Notes under the pieces: model-generated
What the model saw: the letters and a program-made list of their open reading frames with translations, nothing else
What the model was told of the DNA's origin: nothing
Database searches by the model: none
Shown: positions 53,472 through 64,000 of the stretch, piece after piece
How the letters are laid out: the number at the start of each line of letters is the position of its first letter
How positions within the stretch are numbered: the stretch's first letter is position 1
Origin: Callorhinchus milii
Lineage: Eukaryota
Assembly (NCBI RefSeq): GCF_018977255.1
Contig: NW_024704743.1
Coordinates: 86,182,001-86,246,000, forward strand
Direction of reading: 5' to 3'
Length of the DNA stretch: 64,000 bases
Position numbers and translations under genes: made by a program

Positions 53472-53660
53472 CAAACTCTGGACCATACCCAATCTGTAAA
53501 GGCTGCCTGCTTTGCTCGAAGGATAATGGATGTCTCAGCTGCCAGCAGAAGTTGTTCTTTTTCCTTCAGCGAGAAGGAATGCGACAGTATGGAGAGTGCT
53601 TGCATTCTTGCCCATCAGGATATTATGGTCTACGTGCTCCTGAGATGAACAGATGTGCAA
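53472..53660 (+). CDS. RSPO2: RSPO2 exon encoding furin-like repeat 1: (A)NSGPYPICKGCLLCSKDNGCLSCQQKLFFFLQREGMRQYGECLHSCPSGYYGLRAPEMNRCA
   Basis: Acceptor ...tctttttgaag| and donor |gtaagt at 53661. 189 nt, phase 1-1. Cys spacing and the REGMRQYGEC motif (ZNRF3/RNF43-binding R65, M68, R69, Q70) are typical of RSPO2. Confidence 0.97.
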
Positions 53661-54699
53661 GTAAGTCTTATTTTGCTGTATTAAATCAAGAAACGTTGGG
53701 TTGCTTTAGATGTGCTGTTACCTTTTGACAAATTCTAGAGTTAGATGAAAATATGTAAACGTATGGATTATAATCTGTGTAATCTGAATGGTTTCCTGAG
53801 AATTACTTTTTTACTTGCATAAAAATGTGAACTACAGAGATTATTAATAAGATGTTGGCTTTTTTGCAGCTTATCTGTAAAGGCTTCATAACCGAACCTA
53901 ATTGCACAGATAAGTGGTGTTCGAAGTGCAAATCTTGCCAAATGTGCAATGTCAGCATTGATGTATGCGAATGAGAGAGTAGGAAGATCCATTTTGCTTT
54001 TGATTGAAGTGTTGTGAGAGAATAGCTATCAGCTCTTCTCCTCCACCCTCACCTCCACCATACCCATACCCTCTGGATGACTGAAAGGTCCTATTTGATA
54101 AGATCAGGTGGTTTCAAGAAACAAAACTCTCGATTTGATATTGGGCTGGCAATCTTGCGCAGAGAGTCTATAGAGTAGCAAATGACACAAGAATGTTGAT
54201 GCTTTCTGTGGTTGGAGCAGAGTAGAAGAAGCTTAACTCTTAACTTAACTCTGCATCTAACAGCAACAAATTACACTTGTATTGCGCCCTTTACATGGGA
54301 AAGCCGCAATTCAAACAACCAATCTGAAACTGGAAATGCTTTGATTCTTAAAATGAACAACATCTTGAGAATTTTTTTCAATGAAAAAAAACAACCACGC
54401 AAGTTAACTATTTGGCTAAAAAGGTCTTATAACTGTGTGATGTTCGCTTCGTCCATTCCCCTCGTCTCCCAATTTTTACCAGCCTAGCGTATACCAATAT
54501 TCTTACTGAAATATTTGCATTAAATAATAGCGCAGTTAATCATTTCTAAGCTACCAATAGTAGTAGAGGTTCATACCAATGATTGTTCATATGACAATAA
54601 GAAAGAGTCTGGCAAAGGTGACAGTAGGGTCTGAGCAGGGGCTGTGACGCTTTAGTTGAGGGGTGTGATCATTGGAAATCAGTTACTCTAAATAATACT

Positions 54700-54732
54700 T
54701 GCACACCCCCTGGTGGTGAATTGTAACAGCAT
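54700..54732 (-). promoter_or_regulatory. Candidate CTCF site
   Basis: Minus strand tgctgttacaattcaCCACCAGGGGGTGTgc: near-consensus core plus an upstream TGCTGT motif. Motif match only. Confidence 0.4.
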
Positions 54733-55691
54733 TACCAAGGGCCTGAGATCAGGTTGCCTGTCCATCCTTTCTGCTGAAAAATGGATGGATCCAAAGCAAT
54801 GCATTGTGAGTCTTGGAGTACTCAACACTCTGTGTTGAGCACTGCATGTGCAACAAGAAGATTCTTGGCTTGTATCCTCATTTGGAGGATAAAATAAAAA
54901 AAAATGTAAATTGTTTAAAAAAACAACTGGGACTATTTTTAAAATGAAAATAATTCCTGTAGTTGAAATGCATCAAAATAAATGATCTTGTCTTGGCATT
55001 GTTTACTTTACCAGCCTTTCTGGCTGTTTAATGAGAGGTTGAGGTCCAGACAATGCCTATTCCCTGAGAGGCAAAGCCCTAATGGATGAGGTTGAACAAC
55101 AACAACAAAATTACATTTGTAAAGCACCTTTCACGTCATCTCAAGGTGTTGGGAACCCATCTGGGAAAATTACCAAGAAACATAACTGGGTTCTACATGA
55201 TAAGAAACTGCATAGTTACATTTGGTTCAATGGTTAGATTTTAAAATAAATTATTGGCACTCACCTGTCAATGTGATGGGAGTAATAAGACCAAAAAGTG
55301 TTACGATATCAGTAAAATTCCAACTGTAATTTTCATGAAGTACTATTATTGCCTCAGCTCCACAGCAGTTCCTTTTTTCTTTTGGAAAGGACTAAAATTG
55401 TGACCATCTTCATTGAAAATGTCTTGCTCGTCACCCATTACTGAAAATGAAGTGTAATCGTTCCTCAATCCAATTTACAAAATGAACTACTATGGAACTA
55501 TTCCTTTGAAATTGAACAACTTGAATTAATTTAAGACCTTCAGTCCTTAAATAAAGCTATAGTGTTGCTTCATAGCATATTAAATTAAGAGTCTATTTGA
55601 CAGATCCCATTGATGGGATTAATATATTCATGTACTGTACAATAATAGTTGGCATCCATTGTCCCTTATTTCTTTAGTTACATTGCCTAAA

Positions 55692-55945
55692 GTGTCAGTC
55701 TGGCTCAGGTGATAGAACTTTTGTCTTTGTCAAAGGTTGTGGGTTCAAGCCGTTCAACAGAATGTGAGCAGAGTAAAGGGTAACGCTGTAAAGCAATACT
55801 AGGATAATGCTGGATTACGGCACGTGTTAGGTTAAGGATGGGAAATTAAATTGAGGCCCGATCCGTCTGTTCAGGTGAACATTAAAGATCGTTTGACACC
55901 ATTCAAAAGTGAAGGGAGTTTCTCCAGGTATCTTGACCAACAAAT
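55692..55945 (+). mobile_element. Deu-domain SINE 5' part
   Basis: gtgtcagtctggctcagg...aaggttgtgggttcaagcc...attaaattgaggcccgatccgtctgttcaggtgaacattaaagatc. Confidence 0.65.
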
Positions 55946-58556
55946 GTGGGTCCTGCTTTGCTTTTTTTTTCAACTCTTCAATGCTTGCTGATTTTGGCAA
56001 ATTCTTCAATAGTCTTGAGTCAGTTCTCTGTAAGTTCTTTTAAGTAGGATCCCCCTTCCTACTTTAGTTTCTTATTTAAAAATTGAACCAAACACAATTC
56101 TTTGATTTCAAAAGAGGACCACACAAATCTGAAACCCAAACCACCGAAAATCTAGAGCAGCTCTTTTCCAATCAGGACCTGAATTGTTGGAGAGCTCAGT
56201 TAACCAGTCAGTCTCTTTTGGATGCTGGGTGCCCTGTTGTGGATTTCCAAGGTTTCAGCTTTTGTTCAACTTGGATTTATTAGTGTTGTAAACCTTAATT
56301 TACTGCTGTCCAATAAGGAGCTCCTCATCAATGTGACTGGTAAGGCTTATAAAGGTATTGGCACAGAGACAGCAGCTGGATACTTTGTAGGTAATTATTG
56401 CTGCTTGTCGCAGCATTTGTTCATTTTAAAATACAAGTTAGCAGAGGATCTGATGATGTTTCATGGCAGGCAACTGATGGCGATTATCTATTTCTTTCTG
56501 CTCTAAGGCTGAGATTTATGCCCAACCGTACCAACGGAAGCTCTGTTGTAAACTATACAAAGTGTTGCATGTGGTTCCAATGAATGTTACAATTCCATCT
56601 TGATGACTGGATGGCTAATTTGGTCATGTAGCATATGCAGTGATATTGCATCTTGTGACCAAGTGTGAAAATGCAATGTCACCTGGCTCTGTCATTAGAT
56701 ATTCTCTACTCAACTATCTTGGGATCCACCTCCCCATTATTCCACATGCTGAGAGGTGCCTACATTCTGTGAGCTTTCACTGTCACAGGGTATTAGCTGA
56801 GGTGCTACTTTCACTCCTCTGCTGAATGACAGGATTTCACAGTTCAAGGGTTTGTTTAAGATCAGGTTTCTTGCTTTGACGTTGATTTGAGCCTCGCTCC
56901 TGCCTTGAGGTTGCTTGAGGTGGCTATATATCATGCCCTTGTCATGTTCAAGAAGCTTGGATTTCTTGTCATGTCTGAAGTTGGAGCCAAGAAACTTGCT
57001 ATTCATAGTTGTCTATTTTCTTTTCTCCAGAAGGTGCTGACTTGTGTTGAGGTAAGACTTCTTAGATGTTGTGCACCCTCCAGCACCTTGCCCATTTGAG
57101 TCTCGGTGATGAGTAGTGTGGGCTATTGACTGTAGAGGGCATTCAGCCAGATCTATACTCTCGATCCATCCGTGCCCTTTACCCACAAAGAGTCATAAGA
57201 TATTATTTGGGAGAAGAAACTCTGGTGGATATTTTTGCTATATTCCTGACCCTCGCCTTGACACTGCTTGGAATTGCAGAAGGAGGAAAATGTTCTTGAG
57301 GGATTTCCTTTATTTCTTCCTTGTGTATTTATTATTTTCTTTTAAAATGTAGGATCACATCTGTGGTTGTGGAATACAAAAACCTATCCAGATCAAGTTT
57401 GCTCCCACTTGATATTCTAATGGTTTGCATCTGGTTGTTAAATGGTGTGGATGTCTTATGGGTGACTGCATGATCTTTGAGACAATGACTCCATGGAGAT
57501 CCCCCTAGAATTTAACTTTTCCATGATCAATGCTTGTTCACTACTACTTTCCAGCCAATCTTTTGGATCCAGTTTTGACACCATTCCCCACCGACCCCTG
57601 CCCCCACATCACCCTCTCAACTACCATAATTGGATCAACAAATTATACTGTTGTATTGTGTGGTGCACCAAACACACCAATCACTTTATTATTTATTTCC
57701 TTTACAGATCAAATGAACCCCCCCAAAAAAAACAATGAACCTTTAAATACCTTTGAATTACTTAAAGGATTTAAAATGTTTAACTTTCAAATGGTGCAAC
57801 ATGCATGTCCTTTATGGACTTTTAATTGAAACCATTTCACAATGGTTCGAGGAATGATTCTCAATTTGATCACGTTCCAAGTGAGATGAGAAATGGGCTT
57901 TAAATGTTTGCTTTCTTCCCACGTGAGGGAGGGATAGACCAGGCAATGGAAGGGTTTGCTCTTTTTGTGGCCAATGAAGTTTCCAGATCTGGTTGTTACG
58001 TCCGTTAAGTGAAAGATGAGACTGCTTTATACTGCCAGTGCCTTTCCTGAATGCCAACCACCGAGAAACTTTCTCTAATGTTTGACCATGAGCTGTCTGC
58101 TGGCTTTCTGCAGGAAAAAAACAGGCATAAATCGAACATTTCATTTGTGGGTGCATGTCATTTGGGAATTGCAGCCCACAGAGTCAGAGACATTCCTACA
58201 TTGGTCTGGATTCCACCCAAGTCTTGGGTGTGACATCTAACCTACAGCTGTGCACAGCTTCCCGTTTTGCTTCTAAATTGCTGTGGCAATAAAAATCCAG
58301 AGAACTGTCTTCTCTCGTCTGTGTAATATGAGGTAGCAGAAATCATTCGTTTCCATGTAGCAGGAATAGGTTTTGATTAGACATGTAGGTGGTGACAGCT
58401 GACTGTAGTGTGCCTGGCAGCTGCTTTTCATTTCAGTACCTGATGATGAATTTTGTACTGTTACATTTTAATCCTGGAGGATGAAAATAATATTTGCAGG
58501 AATAAATTGCACCTCTGCCTAATATCTTATTAATGGTGGTCTTTTATTCCTTTCAG

Positions 58557-58700
58557 GATGTAAAATAGAGAATTGTGAGATGTGCTTCAGCAAAGACTTT
58601 TGTACAAAATGCAAAGCTGGCTCTTACTTACACAAAGGCCGTTGCTTTGAAGATTGCCCTGAAGGGTTTGTGCCATTGGAAGATAACATGGAATGTGTGG
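58557..58700 (+). CDS. RSPO2: RSPO2 exon encoding furin-like repeat 2: (R)[47 protein letters not shown]
   Basis: Acceptor ...ttcctttcag| and donor |gtaagt at 58701. 144 nt, phase 1-1. CFSKDFC retains the LGR4/5-binding phenylalanines (F105/F109). Confidence 0.97.
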
Positions 58701-59052
58701 GTAAGTGATTTCATGTAACACCTATTACAGAAAAGGCGTATATGTTTCAAGCAGCTGGTTTTATTTAACATTTATGAATACCTCGTGTTTCATTTGGTTA
58801 AATTGAGTGGTAGTTGAAATTCTGTGCACCGAGAGACTCATTGTTTTTCCAATGGAGGAAATTAGCATCCTGTTTCTATGGTTTTCGATATGGATCATTC
58901 TAACTCGCTTTATTTATATCTTGGACTTGTCTGCAGTAGTTCAGATGGGTCATTGTGGAACTTGAAAGAGTAACTATATTAATCTACTGATGTAATAAAT
59001 TATTTCACAAATGACCAGTTACAGGATCAGTTATACAGAAAAACTTTGTTAT

Positions 59053-59161
59053 AATATTTTATTAATACTGGTCGTTTATTCCTTTCCAGGATGTAGAATA
59101 GAAAATTGTGAGATGTGCTTCAGCAAAGACTTTTGTACAAAATGCTAAGCTGGCTCTTACT
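59053..59161 (+). pseudogene. Partial tandem duplicate (pseudo-exon) of the RSPO2 Fu2 exon with its 3' splice site; in-frame TAA at 59146-59148
   Basis: 59090-59161 matches 58557-58628 with 3 substitutions in 72 nt. The upstream 37 nt match the genuine acceptor region 58521-58556. Confidence 0.92.
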
Positions 59162-59495
59162 GTGCCAGTTCCATTTTGTAGCACACAGAAGCTGGGCTGG
59201 GTTCTGTGTGCTACAAAATAGCTGACATTCAGGTCGTCAGGCGACATGGCTGCCACTGTCACTTGTTGCTCATGCAGGTGTTGTTTGACATCAGCAGCAT
59301 AATACACAGTCTTCAGGAAGTGACTGTGGCAGCTCAAAGACCCAGAAGTTAGCAGAATTTAGTGCAGGAAGCTATTGTGTGTGCGTGCAACATGCATCAA
59401 GTGCCATCAATGGTGACCTGATGATACGGAATTTGGAGCTTTGTTATAATGTGAGGCCTGAGAGATTATAGCCATATTATAATGGGGTTCTACTA

Positions 59496-59877
59496 CAGTA
59501 AAACATGCATAAGTGTTATCTTTATAAATCACTTAAACGCCTAAGTCGTACATGCAGATGAGCCGAATCCAATTCAGTTTCCCATCTCCTCTACTCTCCA
59601 TTACTCCCACACTTACCGACTGCATTGAATTGAGAGATATTAGGTCCTGACCTGTCGACGAGCAGGCATTTACAAGTCGGCTGCATTGTAATGATGTCTT
59701 GATCCGTCATCGCATGCATGGAAGAACATCATTTCCCACGATTCAATGCAATTTTAATGCTTGTCGGTAAGTGCACATGCGTGGACGGGTCGAGACGCAT
59801 TGAGTCGTAGGAAACATAGCCTTGGCCCATCATTCCATACACATATACCAGCTGCATTGAATTATGCATGTGCACTA
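59496..59877. mobile_element. Non-autonomous Tc1/mariner (Tigger/pogo-like) MITE
   Basis: TA|CAGTAAAACATGCATAA ... TTATGCATGTGCACTA|TA imperfect TIRs with TA on both sides; internal inverted repeat 59610-59632 / 59751-59773; CpG-rich relative to flanks. Confidence 0.6.
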
Positions 59878-60425
59878 TAGATTATTGATTACATCGGATT
59901 TGATATGATTTAAGCAAGTTTGCCTGCAACTCTGACTTTGTGTAAATCACATTAAATGTTATGGCTCTGACTGATACGACGTATGTGAGTTTACTGTATA
60001 TTACCAAAAACAAAATTCCAATTAATGCTTTTTTAAAAAAATCACACTCTTGGCTAATTGCAATTGTTTTGTTAATGCACAAGATATAAATTAGTTTTAT
60101 GTGTTTGTGTGCATTCAAATTGTAATGGGGAACATGCGTAACAACAATAAGATGTGTGGCTACTTATTATTATGATATTGTGGAAGATTAAGAAATGAGT
60201 TAGGATTGCTTTTCAAAAGGGTGTTACATCTACATTGTTGTAAACTACAGTGTTGTTAACTCGAGCCTTACTTTTGAGTTGGTTCCTTTTGATCTTGCAC
60301 TGTGGACCAAAAACTGTAACCCACCGTTGGAGGGGGAGGGGAGAAGGGAGGGGGAGAGAGAGAAATATTTATTTTCTATGGACATATTCAAATTGTAATG
60401 GGTTGGTGTGTTTGTGTCTTATCAG

Positions 60426-60614
60426 ATGGTTGTGAGGTAGGACAGTGGAGCAACTGGGGAACGTGCATAAAGAACAACAAGACGTGTGGCTACAAGTGGG
60501 GACTTGAGACCAGAACACGGCAAATCGTGAAAAAGCCAGCAAAAGACACAATACCCTGCCCAACCGTTGCAGAATCCAGGAGGTGCAAAATGGCAAAAAG
60601 GCATTGTCCAGGAG
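60426..60614 (+). CDS. RSPO2: RSPO2 exon encoding the thrombospondin type-1 domain: (D)GCEVGQWSNWGTCIKNNKTCGYKWGLETRTRQIVKKPAKDTIPCPTVAESRRCKMAKRHCPG
   Basis: Acceptor ...tcttatcag| and donor |gtaaga at 60615. 189 nt. Has the WxxWxxC motif and an NKT sequon, and lies within ORF-track entry 60398..60706. The gene continues beyond the window. Confidence 0.97.
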
Positions 60615-61680
60615 GTAAGATCGTACAAAGTAACTTTGTATATATCCTCACCATGCATGTCACGATTCTTTCTGTGGAAAAGGTGGTAAAAGAAATAGGC
60701 AAATAGGCATAATAGGGTTACAAAACAGCCAGCCAACCAGTGCCTAAACTCTCTGGAGATAGATAAACATGGTCAAACGTATGTCAAACACCCAGCTCAA
60801 AATGTTCTGGTAAACTCTGTTGTACACTATCTCAATTGCCTTTTGGAATGAGAACAAAACCAACACTGGTAAGATTTAATCTTTCCAGTTCGTTATCATG
60901 TAGGGGCTGGAGTTTAAACTGCAAAACATGGAGAGGTGAAGTCACCAGCATTTTGTTACGTGTACAATGCGATCACATCAAACACCATCAACAAGCATCA
61001 ACAATTTACGCACATAGTACTTCTGGGAATTCCGGACATGGTATGATCACTTTCTGTGATTACTTCTTCATGTAAGTGTAACAGAGCATGTTAAGCCTTT
61101 TAAAATTATTTACATATAACTTATCCTTCAAAAAACAATTCTTTTTGTAATCCAGTGATGATTTTGTTTTGAAATCACTAATTGAGTAAACGGTGACATT
61201 TAGTGTTATGTAGGAATTGGAATTTTTAACAGTTTCTTTTTATGGTTCCAGAGCAAAGACGTGGCTGCCAAGTGTAGCACTGATTTTGCTTTGAGGAGTG
61301 GTTACGAGATGCAGATGTGACATTTGGTTATTTTAGCGATGGTCTTTATTCAGCTATTTTAGGCTTCCTGCATATCCATTGGTGGCTAAACGTTTCAATT
61401 CTACCTCCATAACTTCTGGAACTCCTTACATTACCCCCTCTCGATCTACCTTCAAGTCCCTAATAAAACCCATCTCTTTTAACCATGCAAATTGTCACCT
61501 AATTACTCCCCCTCACCCCCTCCTTGCTTGCCACTTACCCGTCGACTGTCAGTACTGTGAAACATTGTTCTATGGGAAAGGTGCTATATAAATGCAAGTT
61601 GCAGTCTCGGAGAACTTTTTTTTATTTCCAGCAATTATAGTTCAACTTCAACCTTTTACAGAAGCTGTTTCAGTATAATA

Positions 61681-62040
61681 GGTGTCAGCCTGGCTGAGTC
61701 AGTAACACTCTCGCATCTGAGTCAGAAGGTTATGGGTTCAAGCCCTACTTCAGGATTTTGAATTCACACTGCCAGGCTGACACTCCAATGTAGTGCTGTG
61801 TGTGTTCTGCATGGGTAGTGGTGCCGTCCTTTGGATAAGATCATAGAATCAAAGATGTTGTTTGCTTGTTCAGGTAGACATTAATATTCCCTTGGCATTA
61901 CTCAAAAAGTGAAAGGAGTTTCTCCCAGTATCGTGGTCAACTATTCCCAGATAAAATTGATCATTCCCTTCATGGCTGTTTGGGGGACTATGCTATGCAT
62001 AAATTGGCTGTCATGTTCACCCACAAAATACAGTCACTAC
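61681..62040 (+). mobile_element. Deu-domain SINE (SacSINE1-like)
   Basis: tRNA-like head gtcagcctggctgagtcagtaacactctcgcatctgagtcagaaggttatgggttcaagccc, Deu-domain-like core (ggtgccgtcctttggataaga...ttcaggtagacattaa), then the shared tail. The family name is from memory. Confidence 0.7.
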
Positions 62041-63619
62041 ACATAATGATAATCCTTGCATGTGATATAGTGCCTTATTACGTCTTTGAGACATCTCAAA
62101 GCGCTTCACAGAATATTCTGTAAAGTGAATTGACTGTATATTTTGTGGGCAAAACACTGCAGCACTTGCACACAGTAGTTTTCCGTAAACAGACGTGGAT
62201 TGAGTGATCACATTTTTTTTACCCCGGAGAAGGGATCCCCCAATTGAACCCTTCGATGGTTCTCACTCATTAATACATTGGGACAGACAAGGCAATTGAT
62301 GACTTTTATTTATGGATCAGAATACAGTGTAACTAAAATCCAATGCAGAGTTTTATTCTGCAGAGAGCTGACCACTGAGGCAAATCATCCATTATTTATG
62401 GGACATTGCGGTGTGCAAATTGGCTGCGTGTTCATCTACAACATAATAAGTCATTATACTTAGTAAGATTTTGTGATACACTCTGATATGCCACCGGCCA
62501 CCCCCCTTCCCCTCCCGATGTCCTCCCAATGTGAATGGCTCTATACAAATGTAATATTGTTGTTATTGATATGTCCTCCTGGCACAAAAGGCACTATATC
62601 AAATGCAGGGATTCTTATTATCCTATGTAACCATTTTGGAAGTGTTTCATTAAGCAAATTTCAATCCTAGTTGTCCTGTGAAAATCTAAATGCGATAAGA
62701 GAGTTCAGGTGGCGGGAAGGGAATAGACTGATTTTTTTTCCCACATGACTTTGCTCCCCTTATTTTGTTTGCGGATGCTGGTGGTTGTGTGTGTTTTTAT
62801 AAGTAGTTGGCTGGCGGTAATGGCTCCTTCCAGGTGGTGTCTGTGATACCATCTGATATTGGACTTTGAAATTCTGCCTGAAGAAAACATTTTAACAGGA
62901 TTAATATGCAATAGGCCTGTTCAGAAGAGCTTTCCTGTGACTAAGTCTCAGGGGGCTTCCCTGTGGTTTTGTAATTAAACCAAGACTCCCATGCTCTTAG
63001 CTGTTGGTCTTTACATAAACGTAAAACCAGGCTGCTACTCAGGTGCCTGAAAATATATGACCCTTTTAATAAATGAGTAAGACTTTTTTAAGAGTTCTGG
63101 ATGTCAATTAGTTTATTAAGTAGAAAATATGCTGCTTAAACATCAGATTATGCTGGAGCATGATTTTTGGGATTGTCCATTGGAATAAAGAGACAGATTT
63201 TCTTCTTTGCCTCAAACTCTGCCCAAACATATGGGGCAACAACAAATTAAGATTTCATAATTTTTCACATTAGAGAAGCTATTGGAAAAGAAACTTAAGC
63301 ATGTAATTAATTGAGCCGAGTGTTAGTTCGTCTTAATCATTTTAAGAGAGTGCAGAATCATAAACTCGATCATAATTTGGATGTTGATTTTAAAATGCTC
63401 TTAAAATGTTCAAAATTAACACTGAATTTAAGACATTTTCACACTTTTCTGCACAACAGAATGCTTTTACAGGCTAAGGTTAGGTGTAATTTCTGGCCTT
63501 GTGTCCGGAACCATGCTGATTTTCTTGAGTATGTAAAAGTTTAATGTACCAGTGTATGTTTTTAATTATGAGGCACAGTAGTATCTTGGGAGGTGTAACC
63601 ACATTTGAACCCCATTTTT

Positions 63620-63768
63620 GAAACAAAAACAGAAGTCACTGGGAACACTCAGCAGGTCAGGCAGCGTCTATGGAGAAAGGAAAGTGAGTTAACAAGTCCA
63701 TGACCCTTCGTCAGAGTTCACAAAGGGTTCTGACGAAGGGTTGTGGACCCGAAACATTGACTCACTAT
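63620..63768. mobile_element. Penelope-like pLTR fragments in inverted arrangement
   Basis: A minus-strand pLTR (ctcagcaggtcaggcagcgtctatggagaaagg...acccttcgtcaga) is followed by the plus-strand tctgacgaagggttgtggacccgaaacattgactc. Confidence 0.72.
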
Positions 63769-64000
63769 CTTAATTAGGATGTCAGGTGTACTACTGTGTT
63801 GAAAAATGAAACTTAACGGTGAAAGAATGGGTTGTTGCAAGTCACTCATTATTTAAAAAACCTTAACTGTCAGGTACATTTGTGAATGTCTTGTGGGGGG
63901 CAATAGCATGATAAAAGGAGAACAGTGCTCCTTTCCAAGTAGTTATGTGACCTTAGCAACCAGTCATTATCAATTGCTGGTGCATCGTCTGTTGGGAATT

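Noticed and set aside
53433..53648. ORF-track 71-aa ORF over the Fu1 exon
   Set aside because: Wrong frame; the RSPO2 frame is set by the phase-1 splice at 53472.
58621..58626. Ser in GSYLH where human RSPO2 has Phe (GFYLH)
   Set aside because: Not one of the LGR clamp residues (F105/F109 are intact) and the position varies among R-spondins.
60398..60706. 102-aa ORF as a stand-alone gene
   Set aside because: Only 60426-60614 is exon; the flanks are intron read-through beyond clear splice sites.
60615..64000. RSPO2 terminal exon (Lys/Arg-rich tail)
   Set aside because: No acceptor followed by a basic-tail reading frame was found; it presumably lies beyond the window.

Overview
Eukaryotic (vertebrate) genomic DNA. 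The repeat content (Deu-domain SINEs, tRNA-Ala-headed SINEs with L2-like tails, CR1/L2 LINE fragments, Penelope-like ends) points to a cartilaginous fish, possibly a chimaera; the species is an inference. The window holds most of one protein-coding gene on the + strand, R-spondin 2 (RSPO2). It has a CpG-rich promoter region, a probable non-coding exon 1, and four coding exons: 11518-11611, 53472-53660, 58557-58700 and 60426-60614. These are 94/189/144/189 nt with canonical GT-AG junctions and splice into one open frame of 205 codons (signal peptide, Fu1, Fu2, TSP1). The last coding exon (basic tail) is not in the window. The rest is intron or upstream sequence rich in retroposon relics. The most notable oddity is a partial tandem copy of RSPO2 exon 4 with an intact splice acceptor and an in-frame TAA. 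Other oddities are a ~310-bp intronic inverted duplication, hammerhead-ribozyme-like cores in Penelope ends, uORFs in the 5'UTR, an old LTR-like direct-repeat pair, a Helitron-like end and several palindromic MITE-like elements. No prokaryotic system, CRISPR array, rRNA or true tRNA gene was seen. Repeat boundaries are approximate and were set by eye.
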